Shown: in pieces, positions 13,208 to 25,722 of the stretch
How positions within the stretch are numbered: the stretch's first letter is position 1
How the letters are laid out: every line of letters begins with the position of its first letter
NCBI GenBank assembly: GCA_021613535.1
Contig: CP075492.1
Location: forward strand, 11,532,001-11,596,000
DNA: 64,000 bases
Direction of reading: 5' to 3'
DNA from: Adineta vaga
Taxonomy: Eukaryota; Animalia; Rotifera
Position numbers and translations under genes: made by a program
The notes under the pieces: model-generated
Database searches by the model: none
Told to the model about the DNA's origin: nothing
The model's input: only the letters and a program-made list of their open reading frames with translations

Positions 13208-13251
13208 AAATAAACCAAAGTTTGATGCTAACAGTGAACAACTTCATAAGT

Positions 13252-15378
13252 ACGTAGGTGAAGTTGGCACCATATTCGAGTAAATCCTTCCCATATTCGT
13301 TTGGGTAAGCGTTCCAACAATCCTAACTAGTGTTCCAAATGAAGCTCGACGAGCTCTATCAAATGGTGTCCTTGAAATTATCAGAATCAAACATGAAACT
13401 AAAGTTATTTCATATTTTATAAACCATATCTTAACATTGAACTTATTAAAATAATTACGTAATAAATGAACTATGTTAAAATCAGCAACAACGACTGCAT
13501 GCTTTGAGTATTTTTTGGAGTGAGTCCTTTAGAAAACCTGCCAAACTGATCTTACGCGCGGAACTGGATATTTTAAGATTTTCTCATAGACAACTAATGC
13601 CATGATAATTTCAAGGACATCATTCGATAGAGCTCGTCGAGCTTCATCGGGAACGCTAGTTTGGATTGTTGGAACGCTCCTCTAAACGAATATGGTGCCA
13701 ACTTCACCCACGTAAATTAAATGCAGATGATTCTGCTTCAAACTGGATCAAACATTTTTAATGATCAGTCTTTTCTTTATTATAGTTTTCAAAATTTTAT
13801 AAATATGTTATCACGTTCGATTATGAACAACTATTCACTTTAGATAAATATCGTCGTTCACAAGTTATCAAGTTTTCGATCTTCTACAAAATCACATTGC
13901 CATTTTCTTCGTTTATCTTAACAAATCATGCCAGATATTAAGGTTTATCCAAATGGTTATGGTATTGATAAAGAGTATCACAAGGTTCCCATACATTATC
14001 AATTCCATTTTTATTACTTTGTACCGTATGTTCTCATATCTGATCTGAAAAATATTGATGTACGAGCAGAAGGATTGTTTATACAAGACGAAAACTTTGA
14101 ATCACATACGTAAGAATTTAATATTACTTTTTTATTATCGATAAATTTATTTTTGTATTTACTATCTAGGTTATCAAGATATCCTGATCGCATATACTTA
14201 CGATCAATTCATAGTATACCAATTGAACCAGCAAATTATATATTAAATATTTCAGATTGTATGTTTTGTAAAATACTTGAAGAAGATGTATATATTTTCT
14301 TTTTAATACTAGATAGGTCTCATCGAAAAGATCCATTGGACAAAAACCGAAAAAGTCAGTGTTATGGCTCTGGTTGTATCAATATTGACACCGATTTGGA
14401 CGATCTTTCAAGCAATTTATTCAGAAATGATCAAGAAAATTTGAATAAAATAAGAAAAAGAAAAACATTAAAAGAATAGTCTTTTTATGTTAATAAATAA
14501 ACGTTTAAAATAGATGTGTCTTTCCTTTATATCATTCACTACAAAGACCTAAGTCATCTTATTCGTAGGTGAACATATTTCTCTTTCATTCATATTCTCA
14601 GTATTAAATTAATTAATCGAAAATGTGCTCAATGATAACAATTTTTATTGATATTAAATAATGCACTATTGAACATATAAGAAATCTTTAAGAAATAGAT
14701 CTTTTTCTTTTGTTCAACAAAAAAGATTTTCATCTAATGTTTTGTTGATGTTCTACTCTGAATGCAACTGAAGTCAATAAGAATTAATCTTTATATCTCA
14801 ATTTTTCTTTATATAAAATAAAGAAGTTACAAGAACAGTTTCTTTTGTTTGAAAACGATTTAATATCAAATCAAATATATTATTACAATCGAGTTTATTT
14901 TACCACAAAAAAAAGCGATTAGCAAAAAATGTCAAATAATCCAGAGCATTCATCCTCTAAGGACCACACATAGTCACACTTATTGTAACAAAGAAACAGT
15001 TTCAATCTTTCAGAACTTCGGATTGAATGATAGAAAAATACTATTCACACCTAGTATGCTACTAAAACGTAAAACATCGAAATGATGGACTACTCAATGA
15101 AACATTTCCCAAAAAGGAGAATTTAAAGTCATCAATGAAGATAACCCGCTAAGTTACACCTGCAATACTCACTTAAACTAATATCGAGTCATTTTATTAA
15201 GTGGTTATTGTTATAACCAAGGGAAAAACTCGATACAATCGGTTTTCCAGAGAGTCGGTTGGAGCTATGATAATTTCAAGGACACCATTCGATAGAGCTC
15301 GTCGAGCTTCATCTGGAACACTTACCTAAACGAATATGGGAAGGATTTACTCGAATATGGTGCCAACTTCACCTACGT
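13252..15378. mobile_element. Non-autonomous Mutator-like (Pack-MULE-like) composite element, 2127 bp, 9-bp TSD TTCATAAGT
   Basis: Left TIR 13252-13383 (ACGTAGGTGAAGTTGGCACCATATTCGAG...), right TIR 15268-15378 in inverted orientation, and a third right-type TIR at 13603-13713. Perfect direct repeat TTCATAAGT at 13243-13251 and 15379-15387. No transposase ORF. Confidence 0.88.
13928..14479 (+). CDS. Captured host gene fragment inside the MULE; spliced ORF of ~145 aa, unknown product
   Basis: Exons 13928-14109, 14170-14258 and 14313-14479 join in frame through 60- and 54-nt GT-AG introns. AATAAA follows the stop. An in-frame TAA just upstream of the ATG suggests 5' decay or truncation. Confidence 0.55.
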
Positions 15379-16523
15379 TTCATAAGTTATGATCTTCATC
15401 CATGCTGTTTGTAATAATGTTTTCTCAAATTTTCTTTTTTCATCATGTCTCTATCCATTTTTCTAATTCGCATCATTATCAAATGTAGTATAAATTTTCT
15501 TCGTTGAATAAGATCATTCATTTCAATTGATATATATTATATTCTATTCTTTAAAATGAAAAAGTGAAATCAATAAAACATTAAATTTGATGTTTGTACA
15601 AATATATGTATGGTATGGTACATCCTGGTTGAAAATATGAATTCTGCATGTCTATTTTATGATAGAGATATATACAACATAAACATCTTTGAAATTGTTC
15701 AACCATAGACTTGTAGAACCTAACTAATTGTGAATGCGTGAGATACGATATTGATTTAATTGAAGAATTCATATGATTTCTCGCTCGAGCACTTTCGTAG
15801 ATTGTACAACAAATAATCAACTAGTGGTAGAAGATCTAATAATTACATTGCGTGCACAAGAGATAAGTGGTATAAAAGTTTGTATCTTTCAACTTCAGAT
15901 ATATATATATATATATATAAATCTTGATCTATAGACTTGGAAATATCTCAAGAGTGTTGATTCATATATTTATATTAAAGATTTAAATTACTCATCCATA
16001 TTATACATTAGTGAGTGCTTAACATAAACTTTAACTCAATGGTATTTCAGTTTCATTCGAGTACGGAATATGATGCGAAGCGATAATGTTGATAAACTTT
16101 TTTGATTTGTGATTTACTAATAGCTAGAACTCAGTCATTTTAACAAAAACCGCGCCTAACTTTTTTTTCTTGAAACCTTGATTTTAATTATCTCAGAAAA
16201 CATTTTTTGGGACATTCTGTATACATATAGAATGCGATGATTAAGTTTGAAAAACGGATGTTCCACATCACATTAAAAACAAAGGTTTTTTCATTATGAA
16301 CTGTATAAACAAAGAAAAGCAAAACGAACATTCTATATTTATCAAATTTAAAACATACATAATTATCACAAAAAAAACAACAGATCTCATAAAAATTTTC
16401 TACAATTTTTTTTCCAACGTAGCAAACAACAGCAACAACAAGAAACAGATTATATATGTACACACTAAAATGACAAAGAAGAGAGAAGAAAACTAATATA
16501 AATTGCATAAAATACAATAATCG

Positions 16524-17101
16524 TCAATCATCATTATCATTTGAATTGGGAATAAATTTTAGAAGAAGTGCTGCGTCAACATTAGTCGAACAATGTGGAC
16601 ATGTAAGACTTTTCTCTAACCATCCATCGATACATGATGGATGAAATACATGTGCACCATCACATGGTAATTGTCGAATTTGTTCATTGGGCAGAAAATC
16701 AATAAGACATATAGCACAACTAAAACAAACATAGAGATAAATTAAGCTTTTTTTCAAGATCAAATATTTAATTACTCAGTTTGTTTAGTTAATTTTTCAT
16801 TGTAATTAATTAACGGTAAATGTTCGAAAAGATTTCGACATTGTGCAGCTTTAATTACATTCATATCTGTTACGATTGTTGACTGACCTACTGAACGATT
16901 CAATGTGACTAACTAAAACAATAACACATGACGGAAGAATGTTTTAAAATGAAAAGTTCAAGTTACTTTAGGCATAGATGTTTCAGATGTTGATGAACTT
17001 GGATGTGAACTTGATGATGACATTGATATTGAAGCATTATGAATAGGTGGGATTGGAAGAAGACTAGCATGATCTTCTGGTACACGCCAACAATTTCCCA
17101 T
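16524..17101 (-). CDS. RNF11: RNF11-like RING-H2 E3 ligase, 3 exons
   Basis: N-terminal MGNCW acylation motif; RING-H2 CAICLIDF...LPCDGAHVFHPSCIDGWLEKSLTCPHC followed by the RNF11-type VDAALL. Confidence 0.75.
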
Positions 17102-17624
17102 TGAAATGTAAAGAAAACCAAGAAGTTTTATATGATAATTTCAAGTCTGGAAATCAAGGACGATACATGTGTATTTATATATCAATTACGAGTAAGGCGA
17201 ATGTAAGCGTATATATAAAAAGATCAGCTGGTTCGTCTCGTCTTACCACTCATATTCTCTTCCATGTGATTGATTGAAAATTGATTATCTGTAATATCCA
17301 ATCTTAACTAAAACTTTTTTTTCTTAAATCAATTTTAAAATTGAAGATTTTATTGAAGAAATTGAAGAAATACATTCTGAGATATTCTTATTTAAAACAG
17401 ATGTCACTAATGGTCTTGAAGAGAAAAACTCACTTCGTCAAAGATGCACACATACACTTGTCTAATATGGCTGTTCTGTCGTCGTCGTATGATGATTATG
17501 ATTCATTTTTTATTTCCATTAATCATTTGATTAATTACTGTTTTTTTAGATTTATTATTTTATCCCAACTCCCTTACAATTAATTTCCCAGAAAAAAATA
17601 AAAACAACTTTAACGCAGAACAAA

Positions 17625-18358
17625 ATGAGTAATACAAATCGTCAAGCTGCAAACAGTCAAACAGCACGAACATGTCAGTTTAAAATGGTTTTATTAGGTG
17701 AATCAGCTGTTGGCAAATCTTCATTAGTACTTCGATTTGTTAAAGGACAATTTCATGAATATCAAGAGTCAACAATTGGTGCAGCATTTCTTACTCAAAC
17801 TGTATCTGTCGATGATACAACCGTTAAACTTGAATTATGGGATACTGCTGGACAAGAAAGGTATGAAAAAGAAAATTAGTAAAATCTTCGAAAAATCTTC
17901 TGTTTCGTATTCTTAGATATCATTCATTAGCTCCAATGTATTATCGTGGTGCTCAAGCAGCTATTGTTGTTTATGATATAACAAATGCGGATACATTTAG
18001 TCGTGCAAAAGTATGGGTCAAAGAATTACAACGTCAAGCTGCTCCAAATATTGTTATTGCTTTAGCTGGTAATAAAGCTGATTTAGCTACGAAACGACAA
18101 GTTGAAGTAAATGAAGCACAAGCCTACGCAGATGAAAATGGTTTAATTTTCATGGAAACTTCCGCTAAAACAGCAATGAATGTTAATGATATATTTATGG
18201 CAATAGCAAAAAAACTCCCAAAAACTCAAGATATATCAAATCCATCTGGTGGACGAGGGCGTGGAAATGATGGTTCATCAATCACAGTTGGAGGATCGCC
18301 AACTTCTAGAACTGGTGGAAATGAAAGTGGTGGTGGCTGCTGTGGTGGTTCTAAGTAA
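17625..18358 (+). CDS. RAB5: Rab5 GTPase, one intron (17861-17916)
   Basis: [60 protein letters not shown], and a C-terminal CC prenylation motif. Confidence 0.97.
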
Positions 18359-18989
18359 AATAAACTCGTTCTTTTCATCTTTGTTCTTTCTTTTTTTTTT
18401 AAAAAAATTATTTCAAGAATAAGAGAAAAAAAATCATTCTTCACGAACAAATTGAATTTTTCAGAAAAAAAACACCAACATCAACTTTTAAAAACTTAAA
18501 TTCTCTTCTTTTCTTATCGCTTGTCTTTTGTTTCACTGTAAATCTGTTCGTTGTCTTCTGTCCTGTCTCTTTCTCTTCATGTATTTCAAAACATATATAT
18601 ATACATAAATTCATCGTATTCGATCTTTTTCTTATTACTTGTCTCTTTCTCTCTCTTTCTATCGCGTGTGATGATTCTGGCCGCTGATTTCTTGTTTCTA
18701 AAAAGAAAATGAAGAAAAAAACAACATCATCACTATTATTATTATTATTATTATTCAGCTTTTTTTTCAAATGATATATCAACTTCAGATTTAGAAACAT
18801 CGAGAATCACCTATATTTGTTTGCAATATTATAAATTCAATAAAAAAAAGAACAAATACATTTTTTGCATGTTTATTTTTCTCTGTAAGAATGTATATCA
18901 AAGGTATGTCTAAATTACAAGATCATTGGGAGAAAATGAAAAATATTGTTGATGTAATCGTGATACTATTTTCTTTTATAGATTTCAGT

Positions 18990-19940
18990 ATGGATATATC
19001 TTTGTTTAAACTTCTTCGTTCATTCCTTCTAGTTTTATTCATTGCTATTGTGGAATATCAACGTGGTTCATTTACACGTTCAGGTGCAATAACGGGTGTT
19101 ATCCTGTGTTTTCTCATTGCTTATTCCAATATTGTCTTTTTATTTGTTATGATCACATTTGTTTTAAGTGGAACATTTGCTACACGATATAAATTCGATT
19201 TTAAACGATCGAAAATCAATGAAAATGATCACTGTATTGATAATAGAAAATATAAAAAGACAGCACGTGATTATTTACAAGTATTATGCAATGGTGCTCT
19301 TGCGTGTTTCTATGCCTTAGGATATTGTTCACAAACAAATTATTCAGGTCTTTCATTACCAATTGATAATAAACATTCATCAACAATCTATTCGATTGGG
19401 TTTCTTTTTACAATGGTTTGCTGTTGTGGAGATACACTGGGTAAATCTTTTGTGATCTATATTTACGATTTAAAATGAGTTGTTTCAGCATCAGAATTAG
19501 GTCCTGTTTTTGCGCAACATAATCCTCGTTTACTGACAAATCCATTTCGAATTGTACCAATTGGAACAAATGGTGGGATTTCATTCGCTGGTTGTTTATT
19601 TAGTCTATTCGGTGGTTTTATTATTGGTATTAGTTATATCATAGGTAATCTGATATTCTGTCGGTCAGATTATTTAAAGAATACATCAATAATAAATCTT
19701 CAATTACTTTTGTATTGTACATTTTTTGGTCTTCTCGGCTCGATCATTGATTCATTCTTAGGGGCAATATTACAATTTAGTGGTTATGATCGCGAACGAA
19801 ATGTCACTGTACAAAAACCTGGACCGTCCATTGAACAAATATCTGGTCGAAATATTCTTTCAAATAATCAGGTGAATGTAATTTCCTCCTTTTTGACATC
19901 AATTTTTGCTATTTGGTTTTTACCAAAAATTCTCATGTGA
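18990..19940 (+). CDS. TMEM19: TMEM19 / DUF92 multipass membrane protein, one intron
   Basis: SGAITG..., RDYLQVLCNG, CCCGDTLASELG, VPIGTNGGIS, GLLGSIIDSFLGAILQFSG, ILSNNQVNVISS. Confidence 0.9.
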
Positions 19941-20275
19941 TATTTAAAATTGCATCGTTACTAATTAGGATAGAAATTTTTGTTAACGTTTATATTATTT
20001 TTTTTTGAATAAATAAAACAAATCATGTTAGTAATCAGCAAAATTCGAATTATGATTCATGCGATGCGATGCGAATTACCTGATAGTATTTCCAGATTTT
20101 ATTCGTTTCTTCGAATAAAACCAATCATATGCACGTGAAATGTGTCGCTATCCGTTAAAAGCAAACAAACACCTTGTAAGAGAGAGAGAGAGACAGAATT
20201 CTTCTGTTTGATATTATTTCGACGATAAATAACACGAAGATATCACTCGTTTGTCCTCTATAGAAAATAAGAAGA

Positions 20276-22917
20276 ATGCAACAAGGTGGTCAAAGTATTG
20301 TCGATCGTATTTTAGCTGCAAAAAATACCATTGCCGGTCAATCTGTAGCAAAAGTTGTATGTAAAGCAACAACAGAGGAACTTATGGGACCCAAACGAAA
20401 ACATTTGGATTGTAAGTTTAAATCTATATATTATCTAAAAGAAACAATTTAACATACGATTTCAAGGTCTTTTACAAGCAACACATGAAATGAATGTATC
20501 AATACCTGAAGTAGCTGATCTTTTAATAGAACGTTCACAAAGTTCTTCATGGATTGTTTCATTTAAATCTTTGATTACTATTCATCATTTAATGTCGTAT
20601 GGAAATGAAGTAAAATACTTTATTTTCAATTGATTTGATTTCTTACGTTTTTTTTTTGTCATTTGAATAGCGTTTTGAAGCCTTATATGGCTTCACATAA
20701 TCATCATCTGCAAACAAATATTTTTACAGATCGCCTTGGAATGGCTGGTAGTGATATGACAGTACATCTTCGTCGATATGCAGCTTATTTATATGAAAAA
20801 CGTGATGCATATAAATTAATGGGTTATGATTTTTGTAAAATAAAACGAGGGTTTGTCATAAAAATATTCATGTAGTACAATTTCCATTCGATTTTTTCTA
20901 GAAAAGAAGAGGCGATACTTCGAACATTGCCGACAGATAAAGTAATATTCTGTTTGTATATTTCAAAAATTAGACTACTATATTGTTTTAGTTATTAAAA
21001 ACGGTTCCTATTATTCAAAAACAACTCGATGCACTTCTTGAATTTGAAGTAAATAAGAGATACTTCTCGATCCATAAAAACGATATATTTCATTTGCTTA
21101 TCTTAGATTGCACCAAATGAATTGATTAATGGTGTAATAAATAGTTGCTTTTTCCTACTGATCAAAGATCTTGTTAATCTATACACGGCTTATAACGATT
21201 CAATGATTAATTTACTCGGTAAGAGTTATTTAATTTCTTCCTCGAATGAACATTTTTATATTTTAGAAAAATATTTTACAATCAATAAAAAACAATGTCG
21301 TGAAGCACTTGATATGTATAAAAAATTTGTTGATCGTACTGATAAAGTTTCACAATATTTGAAAATAGCTGAAGTAAGTAGAAAAATATTTGTTGTAACT
21401 TATGGAATAAGAAGCGAAACTATTAGCGTTATGAACAATTATTTGATCGACCGTTTCGGGGAGAGGTAGAGTAGAATCCATGCTCATTTGATCTTTTCTT
21501 CTTCTACAAATTGATTGAAATTTTATGAATGTAATAGAAATGATCAATAATTCTATGATTTTAATTTTTAGTCATCAGGCATGGAACGAAATGATATAAC
21601 GGATTTAACTCAGGTATGTTCAAATGATGATGACGAATGATTGTTGTATTGATGTATATCTATTCTCTAGCTAATCGAGAGAAACAAAGTAGGGAGATAT
21701 AATTATTGCTAGAAATCTGCTCTATTTTATGTTTGATGGTGAATAATTGGAATAAGATTATGTTTCATTTTTAGGTACCCAATAGTCTTTTAGAAGCATT
21801 GGAAAATCATTTAACACATATTGAAGGCAAAAAAATGATATCACAAACATCAACGACAACTGTTAATTTGAATTTAAATCCACAAAAAGTTATTGATGAC
21901 GAAGCCAAAGCATTAGCACAATTTAATAAAGTTGGTGTTCAAAAAAATTGACTTCACAATTCTATTTATCTATCATCATATCTTTAGAAAAAAGAAGTAT
22001 CGATATCACCACCTCCTCTTTCTTCTCAAGCAACAACATCAAATGGTCACAATGGTTTTGGTGGTACAGATTTCTTTTCTCAACAATCAACATCAAATGG
22101 ACAACACCAACAACAACAATTATTTTCTGATGATATATTTTCATCTGCACCATCTTCATCGTCAACAGTAACAAATTCATTCAATCCATTTGATGCACCA
22201 GCACCTAAACGTACGTACTCAAACTCTCATGATCTTTCTTTTATTTATTTTTTCACATATTTATATTTAGAAAATTTATTCGATGACATGCTTCAACCAA
22301 CGTCAACATCAACAACTAAACCGACGAATCCGATGCCATTATTTCCTAATAATCAAAACATTCCACCGGTGACTAAGCCACTTCAAACAGGTGATCTGAA
22401 TTCTTCACTTAATCAATTAATTGATAATCTTGATATTAAAGATCATTCTAAAATTGGGTAAAACTCCTTTTCTAATGAGACCTTCATTTTCTACATGCAC
22501 ATGCTTCTTTCTCAAATAGAAAAGATCATCAATGGATACCTAATGATGGTAAAGGCCAACAAATACTAGGTACAAGTAATGGTAATATGAAGATTCCCGG
22601 TACAACATGGCCTAATGCAACAGGTTTTGGTAATGTTGCAAATAATACTGTACAATCAAATACATTATGGCCACCATCACAACCATCGATGATAACATCT
22701 TCAACAAATCCTTTCGCAGCTGTTTCGAATGGTTCATCAGTATGTTTAAATGAATAACTATCTTTCTTATAGAATACTTTTCTTTTCAAAGATCAACTTC
22801 AATAATATGAATCAACAATCAACAAATCATTCTAATAATCCATTTGCTGCTCAACCATCCTCTGGTACATCTTTTTTTCATCAACTTCAGAGTAATGATC
22901 CATTCTCTAGTCTTTAA
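20276..22917 (+). CDS. PICALM: PICALM/AP180 ANTH-domain clathrin assembly protein, multi-exon
   Basis: [41 protein letters not shown]; [15 protein letters not shown]; [15 protein letters not shown]; low-complexity tail with NPF/DPF motifs. Confidence 0.93.
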
Positions 22918-23465
22918 ATTAATATTAATTATTTATGTGAAAAAATTTATGATCATTATCAATGCGAATACATTCCCGGTTCCCCTCTTGTAATTAGTAT
23001 TCCCTTCTGTCTATTAAACAAACATGTATGTGTGTTTTCTTATTGGTAATTTAATTCTTTTTCTTTTAAAAAAATCATATATTCTGATTTTACTATCAAT
23101 AAAATTTTCGTAAAGATTCTTTCAAATGATGAATTGTGTAAATAAAAGAGAAAGAAATTCTCAATCAGAACTACTCGCCACTCTTCGAGAACAGGAAGGA
23201 GAGAAAACATATAAATCAGTTAAACTTTGCTTATTCGTGTTCTGTTTTTTTTCTTTCAAAAGAAAAACTATTTTTTAAGTGCATTAAAATGTTACTATTT
23301 TTTCGTTCTTATACACTTGTAAAGTTTCGAAAATGGTCAATGTCAAAAACAGACTATATACATTAATCATTGTCTGCATATATTTTTGCAACGAACGAGT
23401 ATTTTGTGTCATAAAACATTTAACAGACATTCAATAGGTACCAGAGAATAATTTTTGATCTAATC

Positions 23466-24524
23466 ATGCAAGTGGTTAAAGATCGTATTGTCAATCCTAG
23501 TCAAATTGATGATGAATATCTTTGTCCAATCTGTTATCATCTCTTATGGAAACCAGTCGAATGTCAAAATTGTCAAAGATTATTTTGTAAAGCCTGTATC
23601 GATGAATGTTTAAAGGAACAACCGGATGCATGTCCACTTTGTCGACATTATGAAGAGAAACGTTGTTCACCTATGTTCTATGCTTTATTATCAAAAATCA
23701 AAATTGAATGTGAAAATAAAGTCAATGGTTGTGAAGAAATCTTATCGTATGAATCACTTGAAAAACATCAAAATTATGGATGTCAATATAAAATGAAAAA
23801 TTGTCGTGGTTGTCAAAAGGAAATGCTAGAAAAAGATCTTAATCAACATGAACGTACTTGTGGAAAAGTTAAAATTGAATGTCAACGTTGTCATCGAACT
23901 TATAAACAAAAACGAAAACATGAACAAATGGAATGTTTAATTAATATGTTAGATACAAGTAATAAAAGATCGGAAATTTTAGAAAAAAAAGTTGCCCATC
24001 TAGAAGGCTATGTTCACGAATTAGAAACAACAATACATTTATATATTCTTGGAGGATTTAGTGCAGGTGTTGTACATGATATATCATTGTCATCATTACC
24101 ATCATCATGGAAGATAATCTATGATTTTAATTATGGTCATGAAACAACTGTAGAAGAATTACGAACGTTAAGAGCACGATGTAAAAAACAAATTATTGTT
24201 GGAGCGATCCTAGGAACTGCATCGACTGAATTGAAAATTGCAGCTATGGGCCCATCGGAAATCTTATCATTGGAAAGTCCATTGAATCAGCCGACGAAAT
24301 TTGGCAATGTTAATTGGTATTTAACACCGAATTATTCATTTGGATTTGCACCTGCATGTTCAACAATCAATTGTTATTGCGCAGATTATGGCGAAAGAGA
24401 AAATGCAGAAAATCGATTAAGTTGGCATTTGAGTGGTGATGGTGGTTATCGTGCTGGAATATTCAAAGATCTAGTTCACAATACTGAATGGAGAAAGATT
24501 ATCCTTGCAGAGACGCAGCAATAA
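23466..24524 (+). CDS. RING + TRAF-type zinc-finger protein with a coiled coil and a non-MATH C-terminal domain, intronless
   Basis: CPIC...CQNCQRLFCKACI...CPLC RING; CENKVNGC...H..C and CRGC...H...C TRAF-like fingers; C-terminal WYLTPNYSFGFAP...NRLSWHLSGDGGYRAG domain. Confidence 0.85.
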   Translation: MQVVKDRIVNPSQIDDEYLCPICYHLLWKPVECQNCQRLFCKACIDECLKEQPDACPLCRHYEEKRCSPMFYALLSKIKIECENKVNGCEEILSYESLEKHQNYGCQYKMKNCRGCQKEMLEKDLNQHERTCGKVKIECQRCHRTYKQKRKHEQMECLINMLDTSNKRSEILEKKVAHLEGYVHELETTIHLYILGGFSAGVVHDISLSSLPSSWKIIYDFNYGHETTVEELRTLRARCKKQIIVGAILGTASTELKIAAMGPSEILSLESPLNQPTKFGNVNWYLTPNYSFGFAPACSTINCYCADYGERENAENRLSWHLSGDGGYRAGIFKDLVHNTEWRKIILAETQQ

Positions 24525-24567
24525 TTGAACGAAAAAGAAGTCTCATCTTTGATCATATTTCATCTAA

Positions 24568-25299
24568 TCATGTATAAAAACTATAATGATGGATATTGAT
24601 TAAACTTCGAATAAAAATGACAAAAGTATAGAGAGAAATAGGTGAGAGTAAATGAACTAGTCGTGTCATTTGAAGAAAATAGATTAATCCCGATGATTGA
24701 CAAAGAACAACGAAAGAAAGAATAAAAGAATAGGTGAGATATTTTGTTGGATTAATTCGAGATAAATATTGAAAGATCCATAAAATAAATTGATGAATAT
24801 AGAGAAGAAATGAACTTGTAAAAAGATAGTAATAAATTCTATCGAAGAGATCAACATTGAAGAATGAATTCATTTTTAAGAATTGAAGACGTTCACTTAT
24901 ATTTTTTGTTATTTCCATTAATCCATCATTTTGAATGAATTCATATGTTGTTAATTTATTTCGACTATTTCGTATTAATATTTGATCAGTAGTATTATCT
25001 TTATTTATATCTTTGATTAAATCAAATAAATCTGTTTGAGTTCTCAAGATTAATTCTAATGTTTCACTGATTGGTTGTAAGAATTGTCTTTCGTCATTTA
25101 AATTTGATTGAGATTCAATTTTCGTTTGAATTGAGAAATATAAACTAATTCCATACAAAACAGCATCGATTAATCCGATAAGAATAATAGAACCAACTGA
25201 TGGTAAATCAGAAGACACAAGATCTGATTTAATTGAATTCAAACTTAAAATCGGTCCAGTAAGAAAAATTATAAAACTAATTAATACAATATTCAACAT
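24568..25299 (-). CDS. Uncharacterised multipass membrane protein
   Basis: 243-aa ORF with ~5 hydrophobic segments; the true start may lie further upstream. Confidence 0.6.
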   Translation of the reverse strand: MLNIVLISFIIFLTGPILSLNSIKSDLVSSDLPSVGSIILIGLIDAVLYGISLYFSIQTKIESQSNLNDERQFLQPISETLELILRTQTDLFDLIKDINKDNTTDQILIRNSRNKLTTYEFIQNDGLMEITKNISERLQFLKMNSFFNVDLFDRIYYYLFTSSFLLYIHQFILWIFQYLSRINPTKYLTYSFILSFVVLCQSSGLIYFLQMTRLVHLLSPISLYTFVIFIRSLINIHHYSFYT

Positions 25300-25722
25300 T
25301 TCAATTGCAGATATTTCAAATCTATGTTATACATTCAAGACAAGCACGTGAGTTTCTTTATCTAGAAAGAAGCATACAAATTATCTGATATGATTAATAA
25401 CATGTATACTTCTGCTCTCGTGTTATTATTACTTCATAACTTTTCTTGTAGTCATCAACACGAAAATCATATGATACATACTCTTGTGTTGTAGGCGAAA
25501 CAAAAAAATGCATCGATGCATATCAACATGCGTTTTTGTCTCTCTGTTCGTTGAAAACTACTACGAAAAAATGAGGAAAAGAAATGAGAAAAAGCAGCGA
25601 AGCATACTGATCTTTTTCTTATCAGTATGCGAAAATTATACAGCTGGTGCAATCGAACAGGATAAAATGATATATATTAAAAAAACCGATTTCTTAACTA
25701 TAAAAAGAAACAATTAGAAATG

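Noticed and set aside
13252-15378. CRISPR-like or tRNA-like reading of the palindromic repeats
   Set aside because: Only three copies, in inverted orientation and with a TSD, in a eukaryotic context; these are transposon termini.
16140-16221. Tc1/mariner-like terminus (TACAGAATGTCCCAAAAAA on the minus strand)
   Set aside because: No partner TIR found in the window; at most a solo remnant.
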